In this document: positions 46,006 through 55,133 of the stretch, piece after piece
Numbering within the stretch: position 1 is the first letter of the stretch
How the letters are laid out: each line of letters opens with the position of its first letter
Origin: Deltaproteobacteria bacterium
GTDB lineage: Bacteria; Myxococcota_A; UBA9160; UBA6930
Direction of reading: 5' to 3'
Length of the DNA: 64,000 bases
Assembly (NCBI GenBank): GCA_031401135.1
Contig: JANNRF010000294.1
Span: 3,393 to 67,392, forward strand
Program-made: the position numbers and the translations under genes
Notes under the pieces: generated by a model
Databases searched by the model: none
What the model was told of the DNA's origin: nothing
What the model saw: the letters and a program-made list of their open reading frames with translations, nothing else

Positions 46006-47916
46006 TCAGGGCTTCGCGCTCGCCGTCTCCGGTTTCTTCTCTTCCGGCACCCAAGTCCGCGGCGCCAAGATCAACGACAACAAATCCGCCTTCGCCTCAT
46101 CCCGCACCAAATGCGGATGCCGCTCGCCGCCTCGATACTCCAGCGTGTGCGTCGTGAAGAAGTCCGCGTTCTTCACCAACAACTCGATCGACGCGCCGTT
46201 CGCCTTCGCAGCCTTCATCGCGTCACCCAGCACCTCCGGCGAGAACGCGCGCGAGTTCACCGCCACGATCTGCGAGCCGCTGCCGATCCCCGCCAGCGCC
46301 GCCGGCGAGCCCGGCACTACATCGCCCACCTTCGCTTCGCTCGAGAGGAACATGCCCAGCGAGAAGCGCAGATCGAGGCCGGCTTCCGGCTGCGCGGCGT
46401 ACGCCTCCGCGATCTCATTGGCGGCGTCGCTGTACTCGAGTCTCCAGCCCGCGGCCTCGATGCCCTCGAGCGGCGCGCCCGGGCGCAGTTCATCGACGCG
46501 CTTGCGAAACAACGCTTCCCAGTCGTTAGGGGCAACCGCGTTCAGCGCGGCGACGAGTTCGGCGCGCGTGTACGGCTTCACCTCGGGGCCGCTGTCCGGC
46601 GGCCCGAGGAATGCACGGCAGAAATCGTCGAGGGATTTCGCACCGCGGGTCTGCGTGCGAATCAGTGCATCGACTTCGAGCCAGAGCATCACGCCCTCGT
46701 CGTAGAAATCGGCGCCGCGGCGCCAACTAGCGCCGGCCCAGCGCGCGCCGAAGAGGTCCTGCACGTCACGCGCGGTGTCTACGAGCGGGCGCCACTCGCG
46801 GCCCCGGGTGTGCGCGAGGCCCGCGGCCTGGAACGCGAGGCCGTCGCGCGCCTGTTCGGGAGTGACCATGCCGCTGCGAGCGGTCAGCACGTCGCCGAGG
46901 TACGAGGTGAGCCCCTCGTAAACCCATAACAGGTCGCCCTGCATCGGGGTCGAGTAGTCGCGCGCCGCGAGACCCACGGGGCGGCGGTACTTCGCATTCC
47001 AGGAGTGGACGAACTCGTGCGGCAAGAGTCCGCCGCCCGCGAGCCAAGAGGCCTCTTCCAGCAGCGTGCGTTCCGGAAGGCGGTTGTCGCTCGATTCGTG
47101 GTGCTCCATGCCGAAGTGCGCGACGTGGTCCGAGAGCGTCAACAGGAAGTCGTAACGGCCGTAGTGGTGCGCGCCGAACAGCGCGTAAGCCTCGGGCGCC
47201 AGGCGCTGCATCCCCGCGAGCGCCTCGGGCTTCGCCGCCAGCGCCGCTTCGCTGTCCGCGACCAAATGCAGCACGTGCTCGGGCGCGCCCGCGGGCGCCG
47301 CGAGCGGCACAGCCCGGTAGTGCGCACCGGCAGAGACCGGCGAATCGATTAGGGTCTCGAGCGACACCGGCGCATACTTCACGCGGTGGCCGCGCTTCTC
47401 GGCGATGCGCAGCGCGGTCGCCGCCTCCCAGCCATCAGGGAGTTCGAGCGTGGGCTCGATCTGGAGATCCGCCGCGCGCGTGTCATCGGGATAAAGCAGC
47501 ACGGTGTTCCAAGCCAGCACCGCGAGCTTCTCAGAGGAAGCCGGTGCGGCCGTGAAGCCTGCGCCCCCGCCCGGCATGAGGTAGTCGAGCGCAACGTCGA
47601 TGCGCTGCACGCCTGCCGGCACCGTGACGCGAAAAAGGTGCATGTCCACCGAATCGCGTTCCCAGGCGAGCGCCTGTTTCCCCGCGCTCACGCGAAGGCC
47701 CGCGAGATCGACGACCGGGCCAGCTGGCGAATGCTCGCCCGGAATCCACTTCGCGTAGCGCAGCGCGAGCACGCCCTTTGCTACGGGAATCGTCTCGCGC
47801 GCGTGGAGCACGCGGCGCGGCGCATCGCGCAGATCGACCGTGAGACGGATCGGCTCTGCGGTTGCGGCTGCGGCGAAGGCGAAGAAGAGAGCGAACCCGA
47901 GGACGAGGCTGCGCAT
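46006..47916 (-). CDS. M61 family metallopeptidase (glycyl-aminopeptidase-like) with C-terminal PDZ domain
   Basis: ORF 46006..47928 trimmed to ATG 47916 (AAGGAG upstream; signal peptide MRSLVLGFALFFAFAAAATAEP). Zinc motif HEFVHSWNAKYRRP. PDZ-like: VGDVVPGSPAALAGIGSGSQIVAVN. Confidence 0.88.
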   Translation of the reverse strand: MRSLVLGFALFFAFAAAATAEPIRLTVDLRDAPRRVLHARETIPVAKGVLALRYAKWIPGEHSPAGPVVDLAGLRVSAGKQALAWERDSVDMHLFRVTVPAGVQRIDVALDYLMPGGGAGFTAAPASSEKLAVLAWNTVLLYPDDTRAADLQIEPTLELPDGWEAATALRIAEKRGHRVKYAPVSLETLIDSPVSAGAHYRAVPLAAPAGAPEHVLHLVADSEAALAAKPEALAGMQRLAPEAYALFGAHHYGRYDFLLTLSDHVAHFGMEHHESSDNRLPERTLLEEASWLAGGGLLPHEFVHSWNAKYRRPVGLAARDYSTPMQGDLLWVYEGLTSYLGDVLTARSGMVTPEQARDGLAFQAAGLAHTRGREWRPLVDTARDVQDLFGARWAGASWRRGADFYDEGVMLWLEVDALIRTQTRGAKSLDDFCRAFLGPPDSGPEVKPYTRAELVAALNAVAPNDWEALFRKRVDELRPGAPLEGIEAAGWRLEYSDAANEIAEAYAAQPEAGLDLRFSLGMFLSSEAKVGDVVPGSPAALAGIGSGSQIVAVNSRAFSPEVLGDAMKAAKANGASIELLVKNADFFTTHTLEYRGGERHPHLVRDEAKADLLSLILAPRTWVPEEKKPETASAKP

Positions 47917-47924
47917 GCCGGCGC

Positions 47925-48989
47925 TCACTCCTTGAATCGTTTGGCCTCCGCGAACGAGACGAGGCGACCCCTCGCCTCATCCCACAAGCCGAGTCGAATG
48001 CAACGAAAGAGGTCGGCGAACGTCAGCCGGTTCACATCCGCCAGCTCCGGGTGCTTGCGAATGCACTCGTTCAGCCGGTAGTTGGGGATGCGCGGGCACA
48101 GGTGGTGGACGTGGTGGATGCCGGTGTGCCCGACGAACCACTGCAAGATCGCCGGCAGGTCGTAGTACGAAGAACCTTCGAGGCTCGCGTCGCGGTGGCG
48201 CCAATCCGGCGGCTCCGCCCAATAGGTCTCTTCGAAGTTGTGGTGCACGTAGAACAGCGCGATGCCGACGCCGGCAGCCAGAGTCATTACGGGAATGTAG
48301 AGCCACAAGAAGTCGCCGAAGCCGAGCGTCGTGTGAATGCCGAGCCCGATCGCGAGCAACACCACGTTCATCAGCAGGATGCTGTTGCGCGCCTCCGTCG
48401 CCGGTTCGGGCAGGTTGAACGGCAGGCGAAAGCGCACGTAGAACTGAAATGACGGCCCGATGCCGAGCAGCACGAGCGGGTGGCGGTAGGCGCGATAGGC
48501 CACGCGCCCAAGCCACGACTTGCTCTGGTACTCGCGCGCTGTCAGCACGTCGATCTCACCGATGCCCCGGCGATCGAGGCGGCCGATCGTCGCGTGGTGC
48601 GTTGCGTGGGCGCTGCGCCAATACGCGTAGGGCACGAGGCTCAGCACGCTCAGCACGCGGCCGACCCAATCATTGGCAGCGCGTGAGCGAAAGAACGCGC
48701 CGTGGCCGCAATCGTGCTGGATCGAGAACAGCCGCAGCACGAAGCCGGCCGCGGGCAGCGCGAGCGCGAGGCTCACCCAATAAGCGCGCTCTGCGAACAA
48801 CCACATCAAGAAGCCGAGGCCGAAGAAGCCGACGAGGTTGCCAACGAGCTGGGCGACGCTGCGCCACGCGATCGATTCGCTGTACGCGGTGAGGGTGCGC
48901 TGCCATTGGGTCGGCGTGGGCGAGGGCGTAGAAATTGGCGCGAATGAATCCGGGGGCGAGATCAACGCAGCGCTCAAGATGCTCTCCAT
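47925..48989 (-). CDS. Membrane fatty acid desaturase
   Basis: ORF 47925..49007. Start set at ATG 48989 (GTG 49007 is also possible). Three His boxes: HDCGHGAFF, HATHHAT, HHVHHL. Confidence 0.88.
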   Translation of the reverse strand: MESILSAALISPPDSFAPISTPSPTPTQWQRTLTAYSESIAWRSVAQLVGNLVGFFGLGFLMWLFAERAYWVSLALALPAAGFVLRLFSIQHDCGHGAFFRSRAANDWVGRVLSVLSLVPYAYWRSAHATHHATIGRLDRRGIGEIDVLTAREYQSKSWLGRVAYRAYRHPLVLLGIGPSFQFYVRFRLPFNLPEPATEARNSILLMNVVLLAIGLGIHTTLGFGDFLWLYIPVMTLAAGVGIALFYVHHNFEETYWAEPPDWRHRDASLEGSSYYDLPAILQWFVGHTGIHHVHHLCPRIPNYRLNECIRKHPELADVNRLTFADLFRCIRLGLWDEARGRLVSFAEAKRFKE

Positions 48990-49253
48990 GCGAGGCGCTC
49001 GGCGCACGGAGAGCGCGAGGGCGCGGTCAGGAACTGCCTAGGGCGCGCAGTGCCTACAACGGCCATCGGCGAAACGCGATAGGGGTTTGCTCTTCCCGCG
49101 CGATGACACAGTTCTTTTACGCCCGCCGGCGCTTCGCGCCCGGCGATCTTTCCCGGTTTACTTCGCTCGGCTCCGAAGACTCCGCCTCGCTGCGCGCTTC
49201 GATTGCGGCCTCAGCGCCCATCTCGGTGGCGACTTCGGTCATAGCTGAGCCCG

Positions 49254-50198
49254 TCACCCGGGTGGCGCAGGCGTTGCCGCCGGCTTGGCGCGTCGCGTCA
49301 TCCAGTCCTCGGCGAGCTTCCGGCAATCGTCGAGATCGCGCTGCGAAAGCTTGCGCTCGACGCTCAGCAGCGCGCGGCGCGCGTTCGGGTAGGAGCCGCG
49401 CGACGCGATCTCGAGCCAACGACACGCTTCCACGGGATCGCGCAGCGCGCTCTTCGTCTCCGCGTGCAGCGTCCCGAGCGCGTACTGCGCGTCTGCATTC
49501 CCCTGCTCGGCCGCGCGGCGATACCAGCCGAGCGCTTCGTAGTCGTCCTCGCGTGCACCGATGCCCATGTCGTGGTGGAAGCCCACCTGATACTGGTCGA
49601 GCGCGCTGCCCTGCTCTGCTGCAGCGCGGTACCAGCGCAGCGCTTCGGCTGGGTTGGCCGCGATGCCAACGCCGCCATCGAGGCGCGCTGCGATCGCGGA
49701 TTGCGCCGTTGGCTCGCCCTGCTGCGCGGCGGCCAGGTACCAACGCGAGGCTTCTTCCTCGTTTTTCGGTCCGCCGCGGCCCTGCGTGAGCATCTCCGCG
49801 AGTTGCCGCTGCGCGTTCGGGAGGCCCTTGTCCGCGGCGACGCGCAGCCAGCGCAGCGCCTCGCTCGGGTTCGCCGCCGCGCCAACTCCATAATCGATCA
49901 TCACCGCCATGCGATACGCCGCCTCGCCGTCGCCGCGCTCGGCGGCTTGGCCGTACCAGCGCAGCGCCTCGGCATGATTCACCGGCACGCCTGCGCCGAT
50001 CGCGTAGATCTGTCCGACTACGCGCATCGCCTCGACGTCGCCGGCCTTCGCGCGGATGAGGTTCTCGGCGAGCGCGATCTCGAACACGTTCTGTTGCTGC
50101 TTCTGGCCGCTGGCTAGCTCCTGCAGCGGATCTTGCGCGGCGGGCGCACAGCCGAGCGCCAACAGCGATCCCAATAACAACGTGGCGCGAGTTCTCAT
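49254..50198 (-). CDS. Sel1-repeat (SLR/TPR-like) lipoprotein
   Basis: ORF 49254..50495 trimmed to ATG 50198. Signal peptide ending in Cys: MRTRATLLLGSLLALGC. Seven or so Sel1 repeats of the form AEALRWYRAAAEQG... Confidence 0.85.
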   Translation of the reverse strand: MRTRATLLLGSLLALGCAPAAQDPLQELASGQKQQQNVFEIALAENLIRAKAGDVEAMRVVGQIYAIGAGVPVNHAEALRWYGQAAERGDGEAAYRMAVMIDYGVGAAANPSEALRWLRVAADKGLPNAQRQLAEMLTQGRGGPKNEEEASRWYLAAAQQGEPTAQSAIAARLDGGVGIAANPAEALRWYRAAAEQGSALDQYQVGFHHDMGIGAREDDYEALGWYRRAAEQGNADAQYALGTLHAETKSALRDPVEACRWLEIASRGSYPNARRALLSVERKLSQRDLDDCRKLAEDWMTRRAKPAATPAPPG

Positions 50199-50248
50199 GG
50201 CGGCCCCCGATTGCGCGAGCAAGGTAGCGGGCACGCGCGCGCTGCGAT

Positions 50249-51961
50249 TCACCAGCTGCGGCCGCCGCCGCCACCAAAGCCGCCGCCCGAGAAGCCGCCG
50301 CCGCCAAAGCCGCTCTGGCCGGAGCCCGAACTGCGCGGCGCTTGCGTCATCGCGCTGCCGATCGTTCCGAGGCCTTGGCCCATGTCGCTCACGAACATGC
50401 GAGGCGTGAAGCCGCGGCCGTAGCGCGGCGAGGCGTACCAATCCGGCGGCTGGTCGTAGATATCGGCGAAGGCGTCGCCCCAGGCGTCGGCGCAACCGAG
50501 CACGATCGCGTACGGGAGAATCGCCTCGAAGCGCTCTTTCGTGTGCGCACCCTCGCGCTCGAGGCGGTCGCGGTCGACGCGCGCCAGGAACTCCTTGAAG
50601 CCGTGGATCTCGTCGAGTGCACGCCGCCCGCGCGCCGTGCGGCGCGGCATTACCTGGCCGAAGCCGAGCACGAACAGGCCCGCCGCAACGAAGCTGCCGA
50701 ATGCCACGACCTGTTGGCTGATCAACATCGCGCCGACGCCGAGCGCGATCACGACCACGCCAATCGCGATCCAGCGCATCTTCACTTGTTGGGGGTTTCC
50801 TGCGAAATGCGCGCCTTCGCCGGAGAGGCCCTCGTAGATCGCGTTCTGAATCGCCGGGAGATCGCGGTAGAACTTGTTGCGAAGCTCCGAGATGCGGACC
50901 TCGCCGCCGAGCGCGAACAGGCGCTGCATGAGTCGCACTTCGAACGGCTTGCGCGCTTCGGGCTCGCGCAGTTTCTCGAGCACGTAATCGCGCTGCGTGA
51001 AGAGCAGGAGCTGGCGCGTTTCCTCCTCGCGGATGCGCAGGAAGCCATGCACCGCGAGATCGACGATCGTGGCGGTCACGTCCGAAACGTCGACACGCTC
51101 ATCGATTAGGGTGCCGACCTCGGCTGGCGCGAGACCCTCCGGCGGCTCGTAACGCACGGCGATCGCGGCGTTCAGCGAAGCCGGGTCGCGGCCGCCGCGC
51201 CACCAGAGCGAGAACATCGCCGCGAACGCGCCGAGCGGGACGAGCAACCAGCCGCTCAGGAAATCCGAGGCGCGTTCGAGCCACTTGGCGAAGGGCGAGG
51301 GCTCGGGCAGCACGCCCTTGGGCAGCGCGAGCACGAGCGTGAGCCCCTCGCGCGCGCCGAGCGGCGCGTTCGTCGCGAAGCCGAGCGAGCCGCTGCTGTG
51401 CTCGATCTCGCAGTCGGAGGCCAGCGAGCCCTGCGGGCCGGTAAAGCAGCGCGCCTTCACCTCCGCGGGCGCGCTGCCAGGCAAGTAGACGCGCGCGCTG
51501 ACGCGTTCGATCGGCACGGGCCACTCGCTGCCCGTCACGTTCCAGTAGAGCTCGTCGTGCTTCGGGAGCCAGAGGAAGCCGCGGCGCACCGAGTAGCGGA
51601 TGCGGTACTCGCGCACGCCGCTGACGGTCGTGTCTGGGTCGCCGATGCGCAGCACGAGGTTCGGGCCCTCGCGGCGCTCGCTCACTTGCAGCGCAGCGCC
51701 GTTTGCATCTGTTACGGATTCCAGTTGGAGCGCGATGCGGTAGTCCGCCGCGTAACCGCGCCCGTATTGAATCGGGATGAAGCGCTCGATCCCGTGGCGC
51801 TGCTCGGCGCCGAAGTCGTAGGCGATGCGCTCCTCGACCGTGAACCGATCGCTCGCGGAGAGGAACACGTCGACGTCGAACCGTGCGACGTGCTCGGCGA
51901 GCGCCGGCGCTGCCGCGAGCACGCAGAGCGCGAGCGCGGCCAGCGCGCGGCGCAGGTTCAC
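50249..51961 (-). CDS. DUF2207 domain-containing membrane protein
   Basis: 570 aa, GTG start (GTGA overlap with the lemA stop), signal peptide. Sequence: FDVDVFLSASDRFTVEERIAYDFG...YRIRYSVRRGF...ELYWNVTG. TM helices and a Gly-rich C-terminal tail GGGGFSGGGFGGGGG. Confidence 0.85.
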   Translation of the reverse strand: MNLRRALAALALCVLAAAPALAEHVARFDVDVFLSASDRFTVEERIAYDFGAEQRHGIERFIPIQYGRGYAADYRIALQLESVTDANGAALQVSERREGPNLVLRIGDPDTTVSGVREYRIRYSVRRGFLWLPKHDELYWNVTGSEWPVPIERVSARVYLPGSAPAEVKARCFTGPQGSLASDCEIEHSSGSLGFATNAPLGAREGLTLVLALPKGVLPEPSPFAKWLERASDFLSGWLLVPLGAFAAMFSLWWRGGRDPASLNAAIAVRYEPPEGLAPAEVGTLIDERVDVSDVTATIVDLAVHGFLRIREEETRQLLLFTQRDYVLEKLREPEARKPFEVRLMQRLFALGGEVRISELRNKFYRDLPAIQNAIYEGLSGEGAHFAGNPQQVKMRWIAIGVVVIALGVGAMLISQQVVAFGSFVAAGLFVLGFGQVMPRRTARGRRALDEIHGFKEFLARVDRDRLEREGAHTKERFEAILPYAIVLGCADAWGDAFADIYDQPPDWYASPRYGRGFTPRMFVSDMGQGLGTIGSAMTQAPRSSGSGQSGFGGGGFSGGGFGGGGGRSW

Positions 51962-52509
51962 GCGCCGAAACTCACCTTGGGCACGCTGCGCTCTGCCGGC
52001 GAATCGAGCTCGAAATAATCGCGGCGCGAGAAGCCGAAGCCGTTGGCGACCAGGTTGCTCGGGAAGGTCTCGGTCGTCGTGTTGAGATCGCGCACGATCG
52101 CGTTGTAGTAACGGCGCGCGTTTTGGATCGCCTCCTCGAGGCTCGCGAGCTGACTCTGCAGCGCCACGAAGTTCTCATTCGCGCGCAGCTGCGGGTACGC
52201 CTCCGCCACCGCGAACAGCGCACCGATGCTGCGCGAGAGTTCGCCCTCGGCGCGCGCGCGGTCGGCCGGGGCGCCGCCCTGCATCGCGCGCGTGCGCGCC
52301 TCCGTAACACCTTGCAGCGTCTTCTGTTCGTGGCTGGCGTAGCCCTTCACCGTCTCGACCAGATTCGGGATGAGTTCGTGACGGCGCTTCAGCTGCACGT
52401 CGATGTCGCTCCAGGCGTTCTCGCTGCGATTGCGCAGTCCTACGAGACGGTTGTAGAGGGCAACGCCAGCGAACACGAGCAGAGCGAGGACGATCAAGGC
52501 GATCAGCAT
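51958..52509 (-). CDS. lemA: LemA family protein
   Basis: 183 aa, ATG 52509 with AGGAGG upstream. N-terminal TM helix, then YNRLVGLRNRSENAWSDIDVQLKRRHELIPNLVETVKGYASHE. Confidence 0.92.
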   Translation of the reverse strand: MLIALIVLALLVFAGVALYNRLVGLRNRSENAWSDIDVQLKRRHELIPNLVETVKGYASHEQKTLQGVTEARTRAMQGGAPADRARAEGELSRSIGALFAVAEAYPQLRANENFVALQSQLASLEEAIQNARRYYNAIVRDLNTTTETFPSNLVANGFGFSRRDYFELDSPAERSVPKVSFGA

Positions 52510-52584
52510 GCGAATCCTCCTGGGCGATGACGCGGCACGATGAGCCTGTTCTTAGGGAGAAATCGGCGGAAGTTCGAGGCGTGC

Positions 52585-55005
52585 TCAGCTCGCGCGTGGC
52601 GTCCAGAGCAGCACGAGCGAATCGATGCTCAGGTCGCCCTTGCGCGGAGCGACGGTGATCTCGCCAATCTCGAGTTCGCCGACGCCTCCGGCGCTGCGCA
52701 GCGCTGCTACTTCGGCTTGGAATTGCGCTTCGAGGTCTTTGAGCTGTGCGGCGATCGCTTCGGTGCTCTCCTCGGCGCGCGCGATGTCTTCGCGTTGGCG
52801 AGCGGCGCGGCCCACGCTGCGGGCCACGCTGGCGGCGCGGCCGACGTAGCTCGCGCTCGCGAGCTTTCGGCCGAACAGCGCGCCTAACACCGAGGCGCCC
52901 ATCGAGACGGCGGTTTCGAGCTTCTTGCTCGAATACTCGTCCTGCTCGCGCTCGGCGCGTTCGGCGGCGCGGCGCTGGCGCTCTTGCAGGGCGGCCAGCT
53001 TGGGCGCCCATTTCTGGCGCAGCTTCTCGAGTTCGAGATCGCGGCTCTCGTGCAGTCGGTCGCGCAGCCGAACACGAAAATCCCCTAACGACTCGCCCGC
53101 GTTCGAGAACGCCCGCAGCGCGCGGCACTCGTACAACGTGAGCGCGCGCGCTTTGAAGAGCTGCGATTCGAGCATCTTCGCCCAGCGCGCGTAGCTCGCC
53201 GGGCGCTGCGCGAGTGCGGGCAGCGGCGCGAACGCGGCGCCCGGCTCGGGGCCCGCGGCGAGCGCTGGCTTGCCCGGCAACTCCGCGAGCGCGTCCCAGG
53301 GCGAGGCCACGCTCGCTTCGTCGAGCGGCGCACTGAGCGCGAGGCTCTGCCAGGCGTCGAGCTTTGCGGGCGCGTGGACATAATGAGCGCTCGCGCTGGC
53401 GAACAGCGTGGGCGCGTAGACGAGCGTGCCGCCAGCGCCGCCCGCAGGCGGCGCGGCGAAGCGCTCCTCGATGCCCGCAGCGAGCGCGGGCCGCGGTTCG
53501 GGCGCCGAGGGCGTGGGCGCGCTCGGAGCAGGCTGCGCGACCCCAACAATCGGCGCGGCTGCGGGCGCCGCGGCGCCCGGCACAGGCGCACCCGGCTGCA
53601 TCAGCCGCCGAATCTGCTCGCGCGTCAGCGGCCCGCGCAAATACGAGAGCGCCCAGCGCGATTCGAACAGCGTGGGCGCGTCGTCGTGCACGTTGTGCAT
53701 CAGGAACTTGCGGTTGCCGAGCCCCGCGAGCGTGCGCTCCATCGCGCCGCGATCGAACGCCTTGCCAGTCGATGTCGATGCGCCTTCCAGTCCTTCGAGC
53801 ACGCGCAGCTTGTCGCGCTCGGTCTGCAGGCGACCCAAGAACCAGGTGCCCGTATTCGCGAGCCCCTTGTAGTCGAGATCGACCGGGTTCTGCGTCGCGA
53901 GCATTACGCCCACGCCGTAAGCGCGCGCCTGCTTTAACAACGTCAGCATCGGCTGCTTCGAGGGCGGGTTCGCCGTCGGCGGGAAGTAGCCGAAGATCTC
54001 GTCCATATAGAGCAAGGCACGCAGCGATTGCGTGCCCGGCTGTGCGCGCATCCAGGCGATCATTTCGGATAACAGCTGCGTCACGAAGAACATGCGCTCG
54101 CCGTCGCTCAGGTGCGCGATCGAGAGCACTGTCAGGCGCGGCTTGCCCTCGGGCGTATAGAGCAGGCGCGCGATGTCGAGCGGCTCCCCTTCGAGCCACG
54201 CGCCGAAACTCGGCGAGGCGAGCAAGTTATTGAGGTTCATCGCCAGCGCCATGCGCTCTTTGGCCGGATAGAACGTTTCGAGGTCGAACACTCCGACGCG
54301 CTCGAAGGGCGGCGTCTGGATGGCGCGGATCAGCGACGCGAGATCGAGGTTCTGCCCAGCCTTCCAAGCGGTGTCGACGATGTTTTGCAACAGAATGGAC
54401 TCGCGGCTTTGGATTGGGTCGGCGTCGAGGCCGAGCAGCGCGAGCAGGCTCGCGACCGCGGCTTGCAGCCGCTCGCGCACTGCTTCGGGATCGCTCGCGA
54501 GCGCGGGGGGCGGCGCGTCGAACGAGCGCAACAAGCGCAGCGGCCGGCCCGCAGTGGAACCCGGCGTGTAGATCGAGATCTCCGCGGCATCGCGCAGCGC
54601 CTGAATCCGCGCAGGCGTCTGGCCCCAATCCGCGAGTCCCTGGCGCCAGCGCTCGGCGGTGGTCTTCGCGTAATCGGCGGGAGTCTGCCCTGCGCGCGCT
54701 GCTTCCGCAGGATCGACCCAGGGCGCGAAATCAGCCGGCGCGAGCGATGGGAACGTGAGCATCAAGTTCCCGAGGTCTCCCTTCGGATCGATTGCGAGCG
54801 CGGGAATGCCGTCGATCGCGGCTTCTTCGAGCAGCGACAGACAGAGGCCCGTCTTGCCGCTGCCGGTCATGCCGACGCAGACCGCGTGCGTCGTCAGATC
54901 CTTCGCGTCGTAGAGCACCGGCGAATCCGTGGGCGCGCCGTCCGGGGCGAGCACGCGACCGAGGTAGAAGCTGCCGAGTTTTTCGTAGTCGTCTGCACGA
55001 AGCAT
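52585..55005 (-). CDS. HerA/FtsK-like P-loop ATPase (YjgR/DUF853-like) with long coiled-coil and Gly/Ala/Arg-rich C-terminal region
   Basis: ORF 52585..55107 trimmed to ATG 55003-55005. Walker A: CVGMTGSGKTGLCLSLLEEAA. Also ALAIDPKGDLGNL. Walker B-like: LLYMDEIFGYFP. Also GVGVMLATQNPVDLDYKGLANTGTWFLGRLQT. Confidence 0.8.
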   Translation of the reverse strand: MLRADDYEKLGSFYLGRVLAPDGAPTDSPVLYDAKDLTTHAVCVGMTGSGKTGLCLSLLEEAAIDGIPALAIDPKGDLGNLMLTFPSLAPADFAPWVDPAEAARAGQTPADYAKTTAERWRQGLADWGQTPARIQALRDAAEISIYTPGSTAGRPLRLLRSFDAPPPALASDPEAVRERLQAAVASLLALLGLDADPIQSRESILLQNIVDTAWKAGQNLDLASLIRAIQTPPFERVGVFDLETFYPAKERMALAMNLNNLLASPSFGAWLEGEPLDIARLLYTPEGKPRLTVLSIAHLSDGERMFFVTQLLSEMIAWMRAQPGTQSLRALLYMDEIFGYFPPTANPPSKQPMLTLLKQARAYGVGVMLATQNPVDLDYKGLANTGTWFLGRLQTERDKLRVLEGLEGASTSTGKAFDRGAMERTLAGLGNRKFLMHNVHDDAPTLFESRWALSYLRGPLTREQIRRLMQPGAPVPGAAAPAAAPIVGVAQPAPSAPTPSAPEPRPALAAGIEERFAAPPAGGAGGTLVYAPTLFASASAHYVHAPAKLDAWQSLALSAPLDEASVASPWDALAELPGKPALAAGPEPGAAFAPLPALAQRPASYARWAKMLESQLFKARALTLYECRALRAFSNAGESLGDFRVRLRDRLHESRDLELEKLRQKWAPKLAALQERQRRAAERAEREQDEYSSKKLETAVSMGASVLGALFGRKLASASYVGRAASVARSVGRAARQREDIARAEESTEAIAAQLKDLEAQFQAEVAALRSAGGVGELEIGEITVAPRKGDLSIDSLVLLWTPRAS

Positions 55006-55133
55006 GCGAGCGGCATACAACGCGAGGCATGCGCGGGGCAAGGGAAATCTCTCGGCCGAGCGCTCGCAAACGCAGCGTGAAAGGATGCTGGCGAACAGAG
55101 ACAGCACGAATCGTGCTTGGATTCGTCCGTCGG

